Positions 38,199 to 47,106 of a stretch of DNA of 64,000 nucleotides are shown one piece after another. The notes beneath the pieces are model-generated. The model made no database searches and was not told where the DNA came from. It saw nothing but the letters and a program-made list of their open reading frames with translations. How positions within the stretch are numbered: the first letter of the stretch is position 1; every line of letters starts with the position of its first letter. The translations under genes and the position numbers were made by a program. The DNA is from Dehalococcoidales bacterium (GTDB taxonomy: Bacteria; Chloroflexota; Dehalococcoidia; Dehalococcoidales; Fen-1064), in contig DASWLM010000013.1 in assembly GCA_036396095.1 (NCBI GenBank), positions 6,817 through 70,816 of the forward strand, written 5' to 3'.

Positions 38199-39301
38199 TA
38201 ACGGTCTACCTCTCCTAAACAAATATCAATACTACCGAAGATGACGATAGCATCTGCAATTTTTACGCCGGTCATTAATTCACGAAGCACCTGCAAATTG
38301 ATGAACGATGAAGGTCTGACATGGAAACGGTACGGATTAGTCGAACCATCGGACACCAGATAAAAGCCCAGCTCACCTTTCGGGGCTTCGATGTGCCCGT
38401 ATGCCTCGCCTTTCGGAGGACGTAAAACACGCGGTACTTTTGATTGAATCTCACCGGATGGCATTTGTGCCATCGCTTGTTTAATGATGCGAATGCTCTG
38501 ATGCATTTCCTCAATTCTCATGCGGTAACGGTCATATATATCTCCCACGGAGCCGACCGGTACATCAAAATCAAAGCGGTCATAAATGGAATAGGGGTCT
38601 GCTTTTCGGATATCCCAGTTCACCCCACTGGCACGGAGCACTGGTCCAGAGACGGAGCAATTAATAGCGGTCTCCCGTTTTAAGATGCCGATATTCTTTG
38701 TGCGCATGAGCAATATTTCATTTTCGGCAAGAAGTTGGTCATACTCGGCTATAAAACCGGGTAAACTATCAATGTATCTTTTAAGAGCAGGGAGAAACTC
38801 TTCAGGAATATCCTGACTGACACCACCGATGCGCAAATAGTTATAAGTAAGCCTCTGTCCGCAAACCATCTCGAAGAGGTCCAGAATTTTTTCTCTTTCA
38901 CGGAACATATATAGCAGAGGAGTCATAAAAGCTCCGAGTTCATTCAATAAAAACCCAACTGTCATAAGATGACTGGAAATCCGCATCAGCTCCGTCATAA
39001 TGACCCGCAGATATTCAGCCCTTTCCGGAACCTGAATTCCTGCAAGTTTTTCTACTGCCAGAACATAAGCCTGATTATTTGACATAGATGTCAGATAATC
39101 CATTCTATCTGTAAAAACAATATCTTGAGTGTAATTTAATCCTTCCGCCAGTTTCTCGATTCCCCGGTGTAAATAGCCGAAAACTGGTTCGACATCTTGT
39201 ATGACTTCGCCATCGAGAGTGAAGCGCATGCGGAATAACCCATGAGTGCTGGGATGCTGAGGTCCCGCGTTAACGACAAAAGGCTCGGTCTTGAATGTCA
39301 T
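38198..39301 (-). CDS. nuoD: NADH-quinone oxidoreductase subunit D
   Basis: 367 aa. Motifs [14 protein letters not shown], and C-terminal [11 protein letters not shown]. Confidence 0.9.
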   Translation of the reverse strand: MTFKTEPFVVNAGPQHPSTHGLFRMRFTLDGEVIQDVEPVFGYLHRGIEKLAEGLNYTQDIVFTDRMDYLTSMSNNQAYVLAVEKLAGIQVPERAEYLRVIMTELMRISSHLMTVGFLLNELGAFMTPLLYMFREREKILDLFEMVCGQRLTYNYLRIGGVSQDIPEEFLPALKRYIDSLPGFIAEYDQLLAENEILLMRTKNIGILKRETAINCSVSGPVLRASGVNWDIRKADPYSIYDRFDFDVPVGSVGDIYDRYRMRIEEMHQSIRIIKQAMAQMPSGEIQSKVPRVLRPPKGEAYGHIEAPKGELGFYLVSDGSTNPYRFHVRPSSFINLQVLRELMTGVKIADAIVIFGSIDICLGEVDR

Positions 39302-39744
39302 TGTAACTTGAAATCCTTCCTTAATGGGTGTCCTTGAAATCCCTCCCAGAGCATTATTCTTTTCAGATTAGGATGGCCCTCAAATTTGATACCCATAAGG
39401 TCGTAGACTTCTCTCTCCTGGAAATTGGCGCCGTTCCACAGACTAACCACCGAAGGAACGGTAGGATTTTCACGGTTAGTACAGCGTGTCTTCAGTATTA
39501 GACCGTGATTATGCTCTAACGAGACAAGGTAATAAACAACTTCAAAATAAGTATTGTAATCAACAGCCGTTATGAAGTTAAGGTAGTCAAAATCAAAACC
39601 GGGGGTATTTTTCAGGAATGAAGCAATTTGAAATATGGATTCGGGCTTAACAACAATGGTATTCCCGCTCGAGTCAACGAGACTTCCTGGAAATTGTGTC
39701 TCTAATTTAGCGCTTATTTCTGTAGCTGGGAGTGCTAAGGTCAT
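39298..39744 (-). CDS. nuoC: NADH-quinone oxidoreductase subunit C
   Basis: 148 aa. Pattern [23 protein letters not shown]. Confidence 0.9.
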   Translation of the reverse strand: MTLALPATEISAKLETQFPGSLVDSSGNTIVVKPESIFQIASFLKNTPGFDFDYLNFITAVDYNTYFEVVYYLVSLEHNHGLILKTRCTNRENPTVPSVVSLWNGANFQEREVYDLMGIKFEGHPNLKRIMLWEGFQGHPLRKDFKLQ

Positions 39745-40373
39745 GATTGTTCCTTTTTCTTAGCAATACTTTGGTGTTTTATTTTTTCCTGTAACGCCTG
39801 TATTCCATGTAGCAAAGTTTCAGGACGTGGAGGACATCCCGGAATATAAATGTCTACCGGGATTATCATATTTATACCAGGAACGACGCTGTAGGAGTGG
39901 CGGAAAAGTCCACCACTGATAGCACACGAGCCCATCGCTATCACCCACTTCGGTTCCGCCATTTGTTCGTATATTCTCTTATATGTCGGTGCCATCTTCC
40001 ATGTTAAAGTTCCGCATGCAATCAATAAATCAGCCTGGCGTGGAGACGGGCGGAATATTTCCATACCGAAGCGAGAAATGTCAAAGCGAGAAGCAGCGGT
40101 GGCAATCATCTCGAAAGCACAACATGCTAAACCAGAGTTGATAGGCCAGATTGAAGAACGACGTGACCAATTGATTATTGCATCGACTGTTGTTAACAGA
40201 ATATTACGGCTAATATCCTCTTCTAACCAGCTATCAGGGTCTTTAATAGGCTGTTTATACAGTTTTCTTGCTGCTTCAATGGCTTCACCTTCTGTTCTGT
40301 CCAGCTCAATATCAGGATAGATATATGGTTTTGAGATGTCTTCTATACCCATTCTAGTGCTTTCTTCTTCCAC
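39741..40373 (-). CDS. nuoB: NADH-quinone oxidoreductase subunit B (about 50-aa N-terminal extension if ATG 40373 is used)
   Basis: [18 protein letters not shown] and [14 protein letters not shown] cluster-N2 motifs. Overlaps the nuoA end; the alternative ATG is 40352. Confidence 0.9.
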   Translation of the reverse strand: MEEESTRMGIEDISKPYIYPDIELDRTEGEAIEAARKLYKQPIKDPDSWLEEDISRNILLTTVDAIINWSRRSSIWPINSGLACCAFEMIATAASRFDISRFGMEIFRPSPRQADLLIACGTLTWKMAPTYKRIYEQMAEPKWVIAMGSCAISGGLFRHSYSVVPGINMIIPVDIYIPGCPPRPETLLHGIQALQEKIKHQSIAKKKEQS

Positions 40374-40714
40374 GCATAAATATAACCAATGACAATAACG
40401 AATACAAAGATAAGTACACTAGTCAATGCCGGCATTCCTAAAAGCTTCAATTGAACTGCCCAGGGATAGAGAAATGCTACCATAACATCTAATGTTAAAA
40501 ATATCAGAGCATAAAAATAGTAGCGGAAATTGAACTGAACCCATGTTTTACCTATGGTCTCCATACCGCATTCATAGGTGGAGGTCTTAACGGAATTAGG
40601 TTTGTGGAGAACAACACGAACATATCTGAGCAGAACGGGTAAACCGAGGGCAATAACTGCAAACAGAATACCTGCGATGAGGAAGTAGGCAATGTAACCG
40701 AAATCAGTCAACAA
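40343..40714 (-). CDS. nuoA: NADH-quinone oxidoreductase subunit A
   Basis: 123 aa, three TM helices (STYECGME motif). TTG start after GAAGGAGG. Confidence 0.9.
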   Translation of the reverse strand: MLTDFGYIAYFLIAGILFAVIALGLPVLLRYVRVVLHKPNSVKTSTYECGMETIGKTWVQFNFRYYFYALIFLTLDVMVAFLYPWAVQLKLLGMPALTSVLIFVFVIVIGYIYAWKKKALEWV

Positions 40715-40787
40715 TTTCCTCCTTCAAGCGGGTATAACGTATTTCATTTAAATCTTCAGGAGATTTTAGGCTGGCAACCATTCGTAA

Positions 40788-40982
40788 TTAACTGGCTTTC
40801 TCCAGTTCATTCTCATAGAACGCCATATTATAACCGGTCTTTTCGGCTTTCATAATGACATAGCCGGGAGGATTTGCCTTGACCTCAATAACAGTTCCGG
40901 TCATGTTAGCGATTTTATAACCGCCGGGCCAAACCGGCCTGTCTGCTACCTTAACTTTGTCACCCACACTAAATTTTGCCAT
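40788..40982 (-). CDS. small (64 aa) beta-rich SH3/KOW-like protein of unknown function, first gene of the nuo transcription unit
   Basis: ATG 40982 lies 6 nt after AAAGGA. Sequence MAKFSVGDKVKVADRPVWPGGYKIANMTGTVIEVKANPPGYVIMKAEKTGYNMAFYENELEKAS. It is on the same strand as nuoA, 73 nt upstream of it. Confidence 0.5.
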   Translation of the reverse strand: MAKFSVGDKVKVADRPVWPGGYKIANMTGTVIEVKANPPGYVIMKAEKTGYNMAFYENELEKAS

Positions 40983-41012
40983 AATCAATCCTTTTACTAT
41001 TACCGCTATTTT

Positions 41013-41150
41013 TCAAAAGGCTTGTGCCTTGTGAGATATTATTCTGTACATTCTAATTGCTTGCATTAAAGCTTCAGGCCACGACAGACAACCCGGCAGG
41101 TAGACATCGACTGGGACAATAATTCTCCAGCAACTATTACCCTCCAGTGC
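41013..41150 (-). pseudogene. relic of a NuoB / [NiFe]-hydrogenase small-subunit-like gene (C-terminal 45 codons only)
   Basis: The minus-strand frame between TGA (41151-41153) and TGA (41013-41015) reads ALEGNSCWRIIVPVDVYLPGCLSWPEALMQAIRMYRIISHKAQAF. Compare the intact NuoB here, [25 protein letters not shown]. There is no start codon, and the CPPRPE motif has degenerated to CLSWPE. Confidence 0.45.
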
Positions 41151-41163
41151 TCAAAACGGTTAC

Positions 41164-41193
41164 AGTATATCACACACTTTTTTGCAAAAGCAA
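41164..41193 (-). promoter_or_regulatory. candidate sigma70-like promoter for the small gene + nuo operon
   Basis: Minus strand: TTGCTT (41193-41188), 18 nt spacer, TATACT (41169-41164). By eye only. Confidence 0.3.
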
Positions 41194-41404
41194 GAGGTTA
41201 CATCCTTAATTTGCGGTACGCATTATTGGCGGATGTGAAGTGTATTTTTATGCTAACTAGCTTGCCTTATGCAATTCGCCTCCTCTTATTTGGGAATTCA
41301 AGGCAGTTGGGTTTCAGCGGATACTTGAATTGTCTCCCTTGTGGCGGTATAGTGGGGAAAGATTTAGCTTCATTGCTACGAGTGAAATGAGTGGTTTTCC
41401 GGTG

Positions 41405-42946
41405 ATGGCGAACAAAAAGAAAGAACATCAAAGCGCATCTCAAACTGAGCGTGAAGGATTCAGTCTTGCACTGATTGAACCAGTGATGTTTTCTTTACTA
41501 AGGAAAATTATGGCATACCTTCAGCCACGAAAGGTAAAGGCTTATGTAGTTGGTGGGTTTGTCCGTGACGCATTGCTGGGTCGTGAAACGGCTGACATCG
41601 ACCTGGCAGTCACGGCAGATGCACTGGAGATTGCCCTCGGTATGGCAGAGGCACTTAACGGTACATATGTCCTGCTAGATAGCGAAAACAAAGTCGGGCG
41701 GGTGGTTCTTACTTCCAGAAAGGCGGAAGGAGAACAAAGCGTAATCGATATCTCGACCATCGCCGGTACACTGGAAGACGACTTGGCACGGCGCGATTTT
41801 TCTATAAATGCTCTGGCACTCGACCTCAAGGAGCTGGTGGCAGGTAAGGCGGTTGCGAGTCTCGTCGACCCATACAAGGGGCGTGACGACCTTGACCGCA
41901 GTATCGTGCGCAGTATCCGCGAGGAAAACCTATCAGCCGACCCGGTGCGCCTTTTACGTGCCGTCCGTCTTGCCGTCGAGTTGGGTTTCCGTATTGAACA
42001 AAAGACTAAGGAACAAATCCGTCGTTCTGTCGCTTTACTGGCGTCGGTTCCCGGGGAACGCATTAGAGAAGAGCTGTTGCGTCTTTTTGCCATTTCGCGG
42101 GGAGGGCAATTTCTCTTTGACCTCGATGAATTGGGGTTACTGACGGTTCTGATTCCCGAACTTGCCATGACTAAAGGCGTGGAACAACCAGTAGAGCATC
42201 ACTGGGATATTTTTGCTCACTCCGTAATGACAGTGAGCGCCGTCGATTACCTGTTACATCAGGGGATGTGGGAGTATCAACAGGATAACATCCTTGAGAT
42301 GGTGCCGTGGTCGGAAGAATGTGTCCGTCATTTTGAAAAATCCGTTGCCGTCGGTAGTAGTCGGCGGACACTTCTCAAATTGGCGGCGCTCCTCCATGAT
42401 ATTGCCAAACCACAGTCCAAGGCGATTGATGGTAAAGGACGGATGCGGTTTCTGGGACATTCGGAACAGGGAGCCGAAATGGTCTCCCATATTCTGGAAA
42501 GGCTCAGATTTAGTACCCGAGAAATAAAATTGGTGGCTGACGTGGTAAAATACCATTTAAGGCCTACCCAAATGGGTCAGCCGCCGTCACACCATGCCAT
42601 ATATCGGTATTTTCGTGACACCGGCGATGCGGGTATAGATATCCTGTATTTGAGCCTGGCTGACCATCTGGCAACGAGGGGACCGGGATTGATTCCGGCA
42701 AATTGGCGAAAGCATGCCGATGTTGTGCGACATGTTCTGGAGGAACATTACAATCAGGAAAAAATCACCCTGCCGCCCAAACTGGTTGACGGCAACGACC
42801 TGATGAATATCTTCGGGTTAAAGCCGGGACCGAAATTGGGGGAACTTCTGGAAATGGTACGGGAAGCTCACGCAACTGGGGAGTTGACGACCAGGGAAGA
42901 AGCGTTAGAATATATACATAACGTATTAACCGAGGGAAAGAAGTAA
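41405..42946 (+). CDS. cca: CCA-adding enzyme / poly(A) polymerase-family tRNA nucleotidyltransferase with HD domain
   Basis: Head-domain motif AYVVGGFVRDALLGRETADIDLAV, RRDFSINAL, and the HD region LLHDIAKP...FLGHSEQGA. The start is uncertain (41330, 41387 or 41405). Confidence 0.85.
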   Translation: MANKKKEHQSASQTEREGFSLALIEPVMFSLLRKIMAYLQPRKVKAYVVGGFVRDALLGRETADIDLAVTADALEIALGMAEALNGTYVLLDSENKVGRVVLTSRKAEGEQSVIDISTIAGTLEDDLARRDFSINALALDLKELVAGKAVASLVDPYKGRDDLDRSIVRSIREENLSADPVRLLRAVRLAVELGFRIEQKTKEQIRRSVALLASVPGERIREELLRLFAISRGGQFLFDLDELGLLTVLIPELAMTKGVEQPVEHHWDIFAHSVMTVSAVDYLLHQGMWEYQQDNILEMVPWSEECVRHFEKSVAVGSSRRTLLKLAALLHDIAKPQSKAIDGKGRMRFLGHSEQGAEMVSHILERLRFSTREIKLVADVVKYHLRPTQMGQPPSHHAIYRYFRDTGDAGIDILYLSLADHLATRGPGLIPANWRKHADVVRHVLEEHYNQEKITLPPKLVDGNDLMNIFGLKPGPKLGELLEMVREAHATGELTTREEALEYIHNVLTEGKK

Positions 42947-43714
42947 ATGAAGAGGACGCATAGCAGGTTTTCACCTGTAATCCTCTGGGTTCTCTTATCT
43001 TGTTTAATTTTATTCGTTGGTTGTTCAAAATCAAACGTTGAATCCAGTATGGAATTACTGTACCAGATGGATCTGTCTACGATTGATAAAGGCAAACAAG
43101 AAGAAATTATTAACGACACGATCAAGGTGTTGACTTTGCGTGTCCAAGCTCTAGGTATTAAAAAACCCATGATTGAACGACTTGGTGAGAGTCAAATAGT
43201 TATCAGATTCTCTGGGGTAACTATTACTGATGTTCAAGCGGAGCGCATTGGCCGAACGGCGCTACTGGAATTTCGCGAACTAGTTCAGACTAAGGATGCC
43301 CAAGGCAATGTAATTGAGGAGAGATGGGTACCAGCGACCGGCACCTATAATGGAGAGATAAAAGTACTGAACAGCAGTTACTTAAAGAGAAATACAGAGA
43401 TAAGAGTTAGTAGTCTTGGTGCAATAGAGCTTTATTTCGAGTGGGATGAAGAAGGTGCTGTACTCTTTAAAGAGATAACCACAAGACTACTTAACAAACC
43501 CTTGGGTCTTTACGAAGGTTCCGGAGATGATGCACTACCTCTCTTAGGAGAAGATGGAGAACCGATAGCGCCAATTGTACAGGCGGTGCTTACGACAGAT
43601 TGTGTAATCACCGGACTAAGTCGTCAGGAAGCTACAGAACTTTCTAAACAATTGAATGCCGGACGTCTACCCATTCAATTGAAGTTAATTGGAGTGCAGT
43701 CTACAACACATTAA
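42947..43714 (+). CDS. lipoprotein paralog of the SecD periplasmic (P1 head) domain
   Basis: Signal and lipobox (LSCLILFVGC). Residues ERIGRTALLEFRELVQT...QLNAGRLPIQLKLIG align without gaps to SecD ERIGRTALLEFRELVQT...QLNAGRIPVPLELIG. The DNA repeat is 43242-43693 versus 44078-44529. Confidence 0.8.
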   Translation: MKRTHSRFSPVILWVLLSCLILFVGCSKSNVESSMELLYQMDLSTIDKGKQEEIINDTIKVLTLRVQALGIKKPMIERLGESQIVIRFSGVTITDVQAERIGRTALLEFRELVQTKDAQGNVIEERWVPATGTYNGEIKVLNSSYLKRNTEIRVSSLGAIELYFEWDEEGAVLFKEITTRLLNKPLGLYEGSGDDALPLLGEDGEPIAPIVQAVLTTDCVITGLSRQEATELSKQLNAGRLPIQLKLIGVQSTTH

Positions 43715-43741
43715 AGTCATAAACTAGAAGGAAAGAAATAA

Positions 43742-45109
43742 ATGTCAAGAAACAGCTGGGTATTCGTTACTATCATCATCATATTTGCTCTGAGTCTTAT
43801 CGCGCTACTCGTAAACCCAATAAAAATTGGGAATTTCACAAGGAGTGGCATTGTTTACGGTCTTGACTTGGAAGGCGGCGTCCGTCTGGTTTATAAGGCA
43901 GACCTGACAGGGGTGGAGGAAAGTAATGAAAAGGAAGTTGTCAACGATGTCATTGCCGTTATAGCCAACCGTGTTAATCCGCTGGGTGTTACCGAACCCA
44001 ATATCGAGCACCGTGGTGCCGACCAGATAGTGGTGGAACTCCCGATGCCCAAAGGCGGTCTTACAGAAGTGCAGAAGGAGCGTATCGGCCGGACGGCACT
44101 ACTGGAATTCCGCGAACTGGTTCAAACTCTGGATGCAGATGGTAATGTAATAGAGGAGGAATGGATACCGGCAACAGGTACTTATAACGGAGAGACGAAG
44201 GTTCTGAATAGTAGCCTGTTTAAAACAAATACGGAGCTTAGAGTTAGTAGTCTTGGTGCAGTTGAGCTTTATTTCGAGTGGAATGAAGAGGGCGCGGCGC
44301 TCTTTAAGGAGATAACCACGAGGTTGCTTAACAAGCCTTTGGGGATTTACGAAGGTTCGGGTAATGATGCACTACCTCTCTTGGGGGAAGATGGGAAGCC
44401 GATAACACCCATTGTACAGACGGTGCTTACAAATGACGGAGTCGTCACGGGTCTCAGCCGTAAAGAAGCTGCAGAACTTTCACAACAATTGAATGCCGGG
44501 CGTATACCCGTTCCATTAGAGTTAATCGGGGAAAAGCTAGTAGACCCGTCGTTGGGAACTGACTTCATTAAATTGAGTGTGCGGGCAGGTATCATCGGTA
44601 TTGCGGCAGTTATGCTTTTTCTGATTGCCTACTACCGTGTTCCGGGTGTGGTTGCCGCACTGGCGCTCGCTTTCTATGGAGCGTTAACACTGGCAATTTT
44701 CAAGCTAATACCCGTCACGATGACCCTATCAGGCATTGGCGGTTTCGTGTTGTCTATGGGTATGGCAATCGATGCCAATGTGCTTATCTTTGAGCGTATG
44801 AAAGAGGAGCTTCTGGCAAAAACGACATTAAGCTCCGCTATGGAATCGGGGTTCAGCCGGGCGTGGACTGCTATCTGGGATAGCAATGTGACCACTATCA
44901 TCGCCTGTCTGGTGCTTTATTGGGTAGGAGATACAGTCGCCTTTGGCGGTACGGTGAAGGGTTTTGCGCTGACTCTGGGTATAGGCGTGCTGGTCAGTAT
45001 GTTCACTGCCGTTCTCGCCAGCCATACCTTATTGCGTATGGTGGTTCGTACAGGATTGTCAAAACAAACCGAACTCTTTAAGCCATATACGGGAAGGAGA
45101 CTGGCGTGA
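43742..45109 (+). CDS. secD: protein translocase subunit SecD
   Basis: N-terminal TM helix, periplasmic domain, and C-terminal 5-TM RND-like bundle (SMGMAIDANVLIFERMKEE). Confidence 0.95.
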   Translation: MSRNSWVFVTIIIIFALSLIALLVNPIKIGNFTRSGIVYGLDLEGGVRLVYKADLTGVEESNEKEVVNDVIAVIANRVNPLGVTEPNIEHRGADQIVVELPMPKGGLTEVQKERIGRTALLEFRELVQTLDADGNVIEEEWIPATGTYNGETKVLNSSLFKTNTELRVSSLGAVELYFEWNEEGAALFKEITTRLLNKPLGIYEGSGNDALPLLGEDGKPITPIVQTVLTNDGVVTGLSRKEAAELSQQLNAGRIPVPLELIGEKLVDPSLGTDFIKLSVRAGIIGIAAVMLFLIAYYRVPGVVAALALAFYGALTLAIFKLIPVTMTLSGIGGFVLSMGMAIDANVLIFERMKEELLAKTTLSSAMESGFSRAWTAIWDSNVTTIIACLVLYWVGDTVAFGGTVKGFALTLGIGVLVSMFTAVLASHTLLRMVVRTGLSKQTELFKPYTGRRLA

Positions 45110-46032
45110 TAAATATTGTAAGTAATAGGCTGTGGTTTTTTATTATTTCTAGCATTTTACTGGTGGTGGGTATTGTATCCCTCTCGATTTTCGGATTAAA
45201 GACTGGAATTGATTTTGCTAGTGGTTCTCTTTTAACCGTGAAATTTGAACAGACGGTTATTCCTGTCGACGTTGAAAAAGAACTGCCCGGTTTTGGTTTC
45301 GTCGGCACAGTCGAAACTGATGCTCAAGGTAATATCGTCATCCGGACGGTAGAATTAACCGCGCAGGAGAAAACGACTCTTAAGGACGATTTAACCGCTA
45401 AGTTCGGGGCTTTGACAGAGCTGGGTTTTGAGAATGTCGACCCGATTGTTGCCAAACAAACCGCGCAGGCGGCTATTTGGGCTACAGCAATCGCATCAAT
45501 TGGTATCCTCCTCTATATCGCTTTTGCCTTCCGCAAGATGCCCAAGCCTTTCCATTTCGGTGTATGCGCTGTAGCTGGACTCCTGCTGGATGTCATAGTT
45601 GTGCTGGGAGTTTTCTCGATTCTGGGTAAAGTGGCGAATTGGGAGATTGACTTGGCGCTGGTTACTGGTATCCTGACTGTCATTGGTTACGCGGTCAATG
45701 ATACCATTGTTGTCTTTGACCGTATCAGGGAGAACCAGAAGAGGTACCCGGGGGTGGATTTCGGGCTGGTGGTCAACAATAGTCTGATGGATGTGATGAC
45801 TCGTGAACTCGCGACCGGCGTGGGTGTGCTGTTTGTGCTGATTGCCCTCTTGCTTTTTGTCGGTCCGACCATTAAAAACCTGGTCGTTGTACTGATGGTG
45901 GGCATATATTTCGGCACGTTTACCTCGGTTTTTGTGGCAGCCCCGCTACTGGTTGTCTGGGAAAAGGGTGGCTGGGGGAGTTTATTCTCCCGAAAGCAAA
46001 TACCGAACAAAACAGCCGAAGTCCGGGGTTAA
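45106..46032 (+). CDS. secF: protein translocase subunit SecF
   Basis: GTGA overlap with secD. Pattern GYAVNDTIVVFDRIREN. Confidence 0.9.
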   Translation: MINIVSNRLWFFIISSILLVVGIVSLSIFGLKTGIDFASGSLLTVKFEQTVIPVDVEKELPGFGFVGTVETDAQGNIVIRTVELTAQEKTTLKDDLTAKFGALTELGFENVDPIVAKQTAQAAIWATAIASIGILLYIAFAFRKMPKPFHFGVCAVAGLLLDVIVVLGVFSILGKVANWEIDLALVTGILTVIGYAVNDTIVVFDRIRENQKRYPGVDFGLVVNNSLMDVMTRELATGVGVLFVLIALLLFVGPTIKNLVVVLMVGIYFGTFTSVFVAAPLLVVWEKGGWGSLFSRKQIPNKTAEVRG

Positions 46033-46178
46033 TTGACATAGCGTAAATTTATTTGGTATGCTAAAAAAGCTGGAGCAGGCATGACAGATACGTGCTTGTC
46101 ATAGCCGGGCTAATTGCAGTGGTAAAGAGCCACAGGACTGGCAAATCCTGTGGCTCTTTTTATGGGGGTGAAAAACCA
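46033..46178 (+). promoter_or_regulatory. promoter-like element plus structured leader (candidate metal-sensing czcD/NiCo-type riboswitch or attenuator) of the CDF gene
   Basis: TTGACA (46033-46038), 18 nt spacer, TATGCT (46057-46062). Then GCTGGAGCAG-[GGCATGACA...TGTCATAGCC hairpin]-GGGCTAATTGCAG-[TGG...CCA]. Then the terminator hairpin, only 16 nt before the GTG start. Confidence 0.35.
46125..46162 (+). terminator. intrinsic terminator hairpin inside the CDF leader (could also terminate secDF)
   Basis: AAGAGCCACAGGA-CTGGCAAA-TCCTGTGGCTCTT followed by TTTTAT. Confidence 0.65.
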
Positions 46179-47102
46179 GTGAATGCTTTTTCAAGTAAAA
46201 GCGGGGCAGTGAAACTGGCGCTGTGTGTTGTTCTCTTTCTGATTGCTCTAAAGGTGGCTGTTTCCATCATTACCAAAAGCATCAGCATTACCGCGCAGGC
46301 AACGGACAGCTTGCTGGATTTATTTGCTATCGGCGTCGCTTTCCTTGCCGTCCGTGTCGCCAGTGAGCCGGCTGACGAGGAACATCCATTTGGTCACGGC
46401 AAGATGGAGGGTGTGGCTTCGATTGTTCAGGCAGGACTGATTCTTACAGCGGTCGCCTTTATCGTCTACTCTGCTATCGACCGTATTCTTCATGGTACTC
46501 CACTGGAACTCACGACAGCTGGTATTGGTGTCATGTTCGTTTCCGTCATTGCCAGTATTTTCTTGTCACGCCACTTACAACGGGTCGCAAAATCAACCGG
46601 CTCGACAATAGTAGATGCCCTGGCGAAAAATATCAACGCTGATATCTATTCGGCGGCGGGAGTGCTGATAGGACTGGTTGTGGTGCAGTTCACGAAACTT
46701 CTGGTTCTTGATTCGGTCATCGCGCTAATCATGTCAGTGCTGATATTGAGGTCGGCCTACCAGGTTGTCAGGCGGTCGTTCACGGAACTGACTGACACGC
46801 GTCTCCCAGAGGAAGAACATGAGGCGCTGCTTGCCTGTATCAAAGAGCATGTTGACCGGTTTCCGGGATTTCATGAAGTGCGCAGTCGGCGTGCTGGGAG
46901 CCAGCGTTTTGTAGATTTGCATCTCGTCATGCGCCGCAATGCCAGTGTGGAAGAGGCACACGATATGTGCGACCATCTGGAACAGGATATCAAACATCGT
47001 TTACCGGATGCTAGTGTGGTGATTCACGTTGAGCCATGTAACCGAGGGGACTGTCCGGTGTGTTTAATTGTCCAGTGCGAGTTGCGAGGGACTACCGGCT
47101 AA
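46179..47102 (+). CDS. cation diffusion facilitator (CDF) family metal exporter
   Basis: GTG 46179 lies 8 nt after GGGGGTG. TM2 TDSLLDLFAIG and HPFGHGKMEG motifs, plus the C-terminal cytoplasmic domain (FVDLHLVM, VVIHVEP). Confidence 0.85.
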   Translation: MNAFSSKSGAVKLALCVVLFLIALKVAVSIITKSISITAQATDSLLDLFAIGVAFLAVRVASEPADEEHPFGHGKMEGVASIVQAGLILTAVAFIVYSAIDRILHGTPLELTTAGIGVMFVSVIASIFLSRHLQRVAKSTGSTIVDALAKNINADIYSAAGVLIGLVVVQFTKLLVLDSVIALIMSVLILRSAYQVVRRSFTELTDTRLPEEEHEALLACIKEHVDRFPGFHEVRSRRAGSQRFVDLHLVMRRNASVEEAHDMCDHLEQDIKHRLPDASVVIHVEPCNRGDCPVCLIVQCELRGTTG

Positions 47103-47106
47103 AGCG

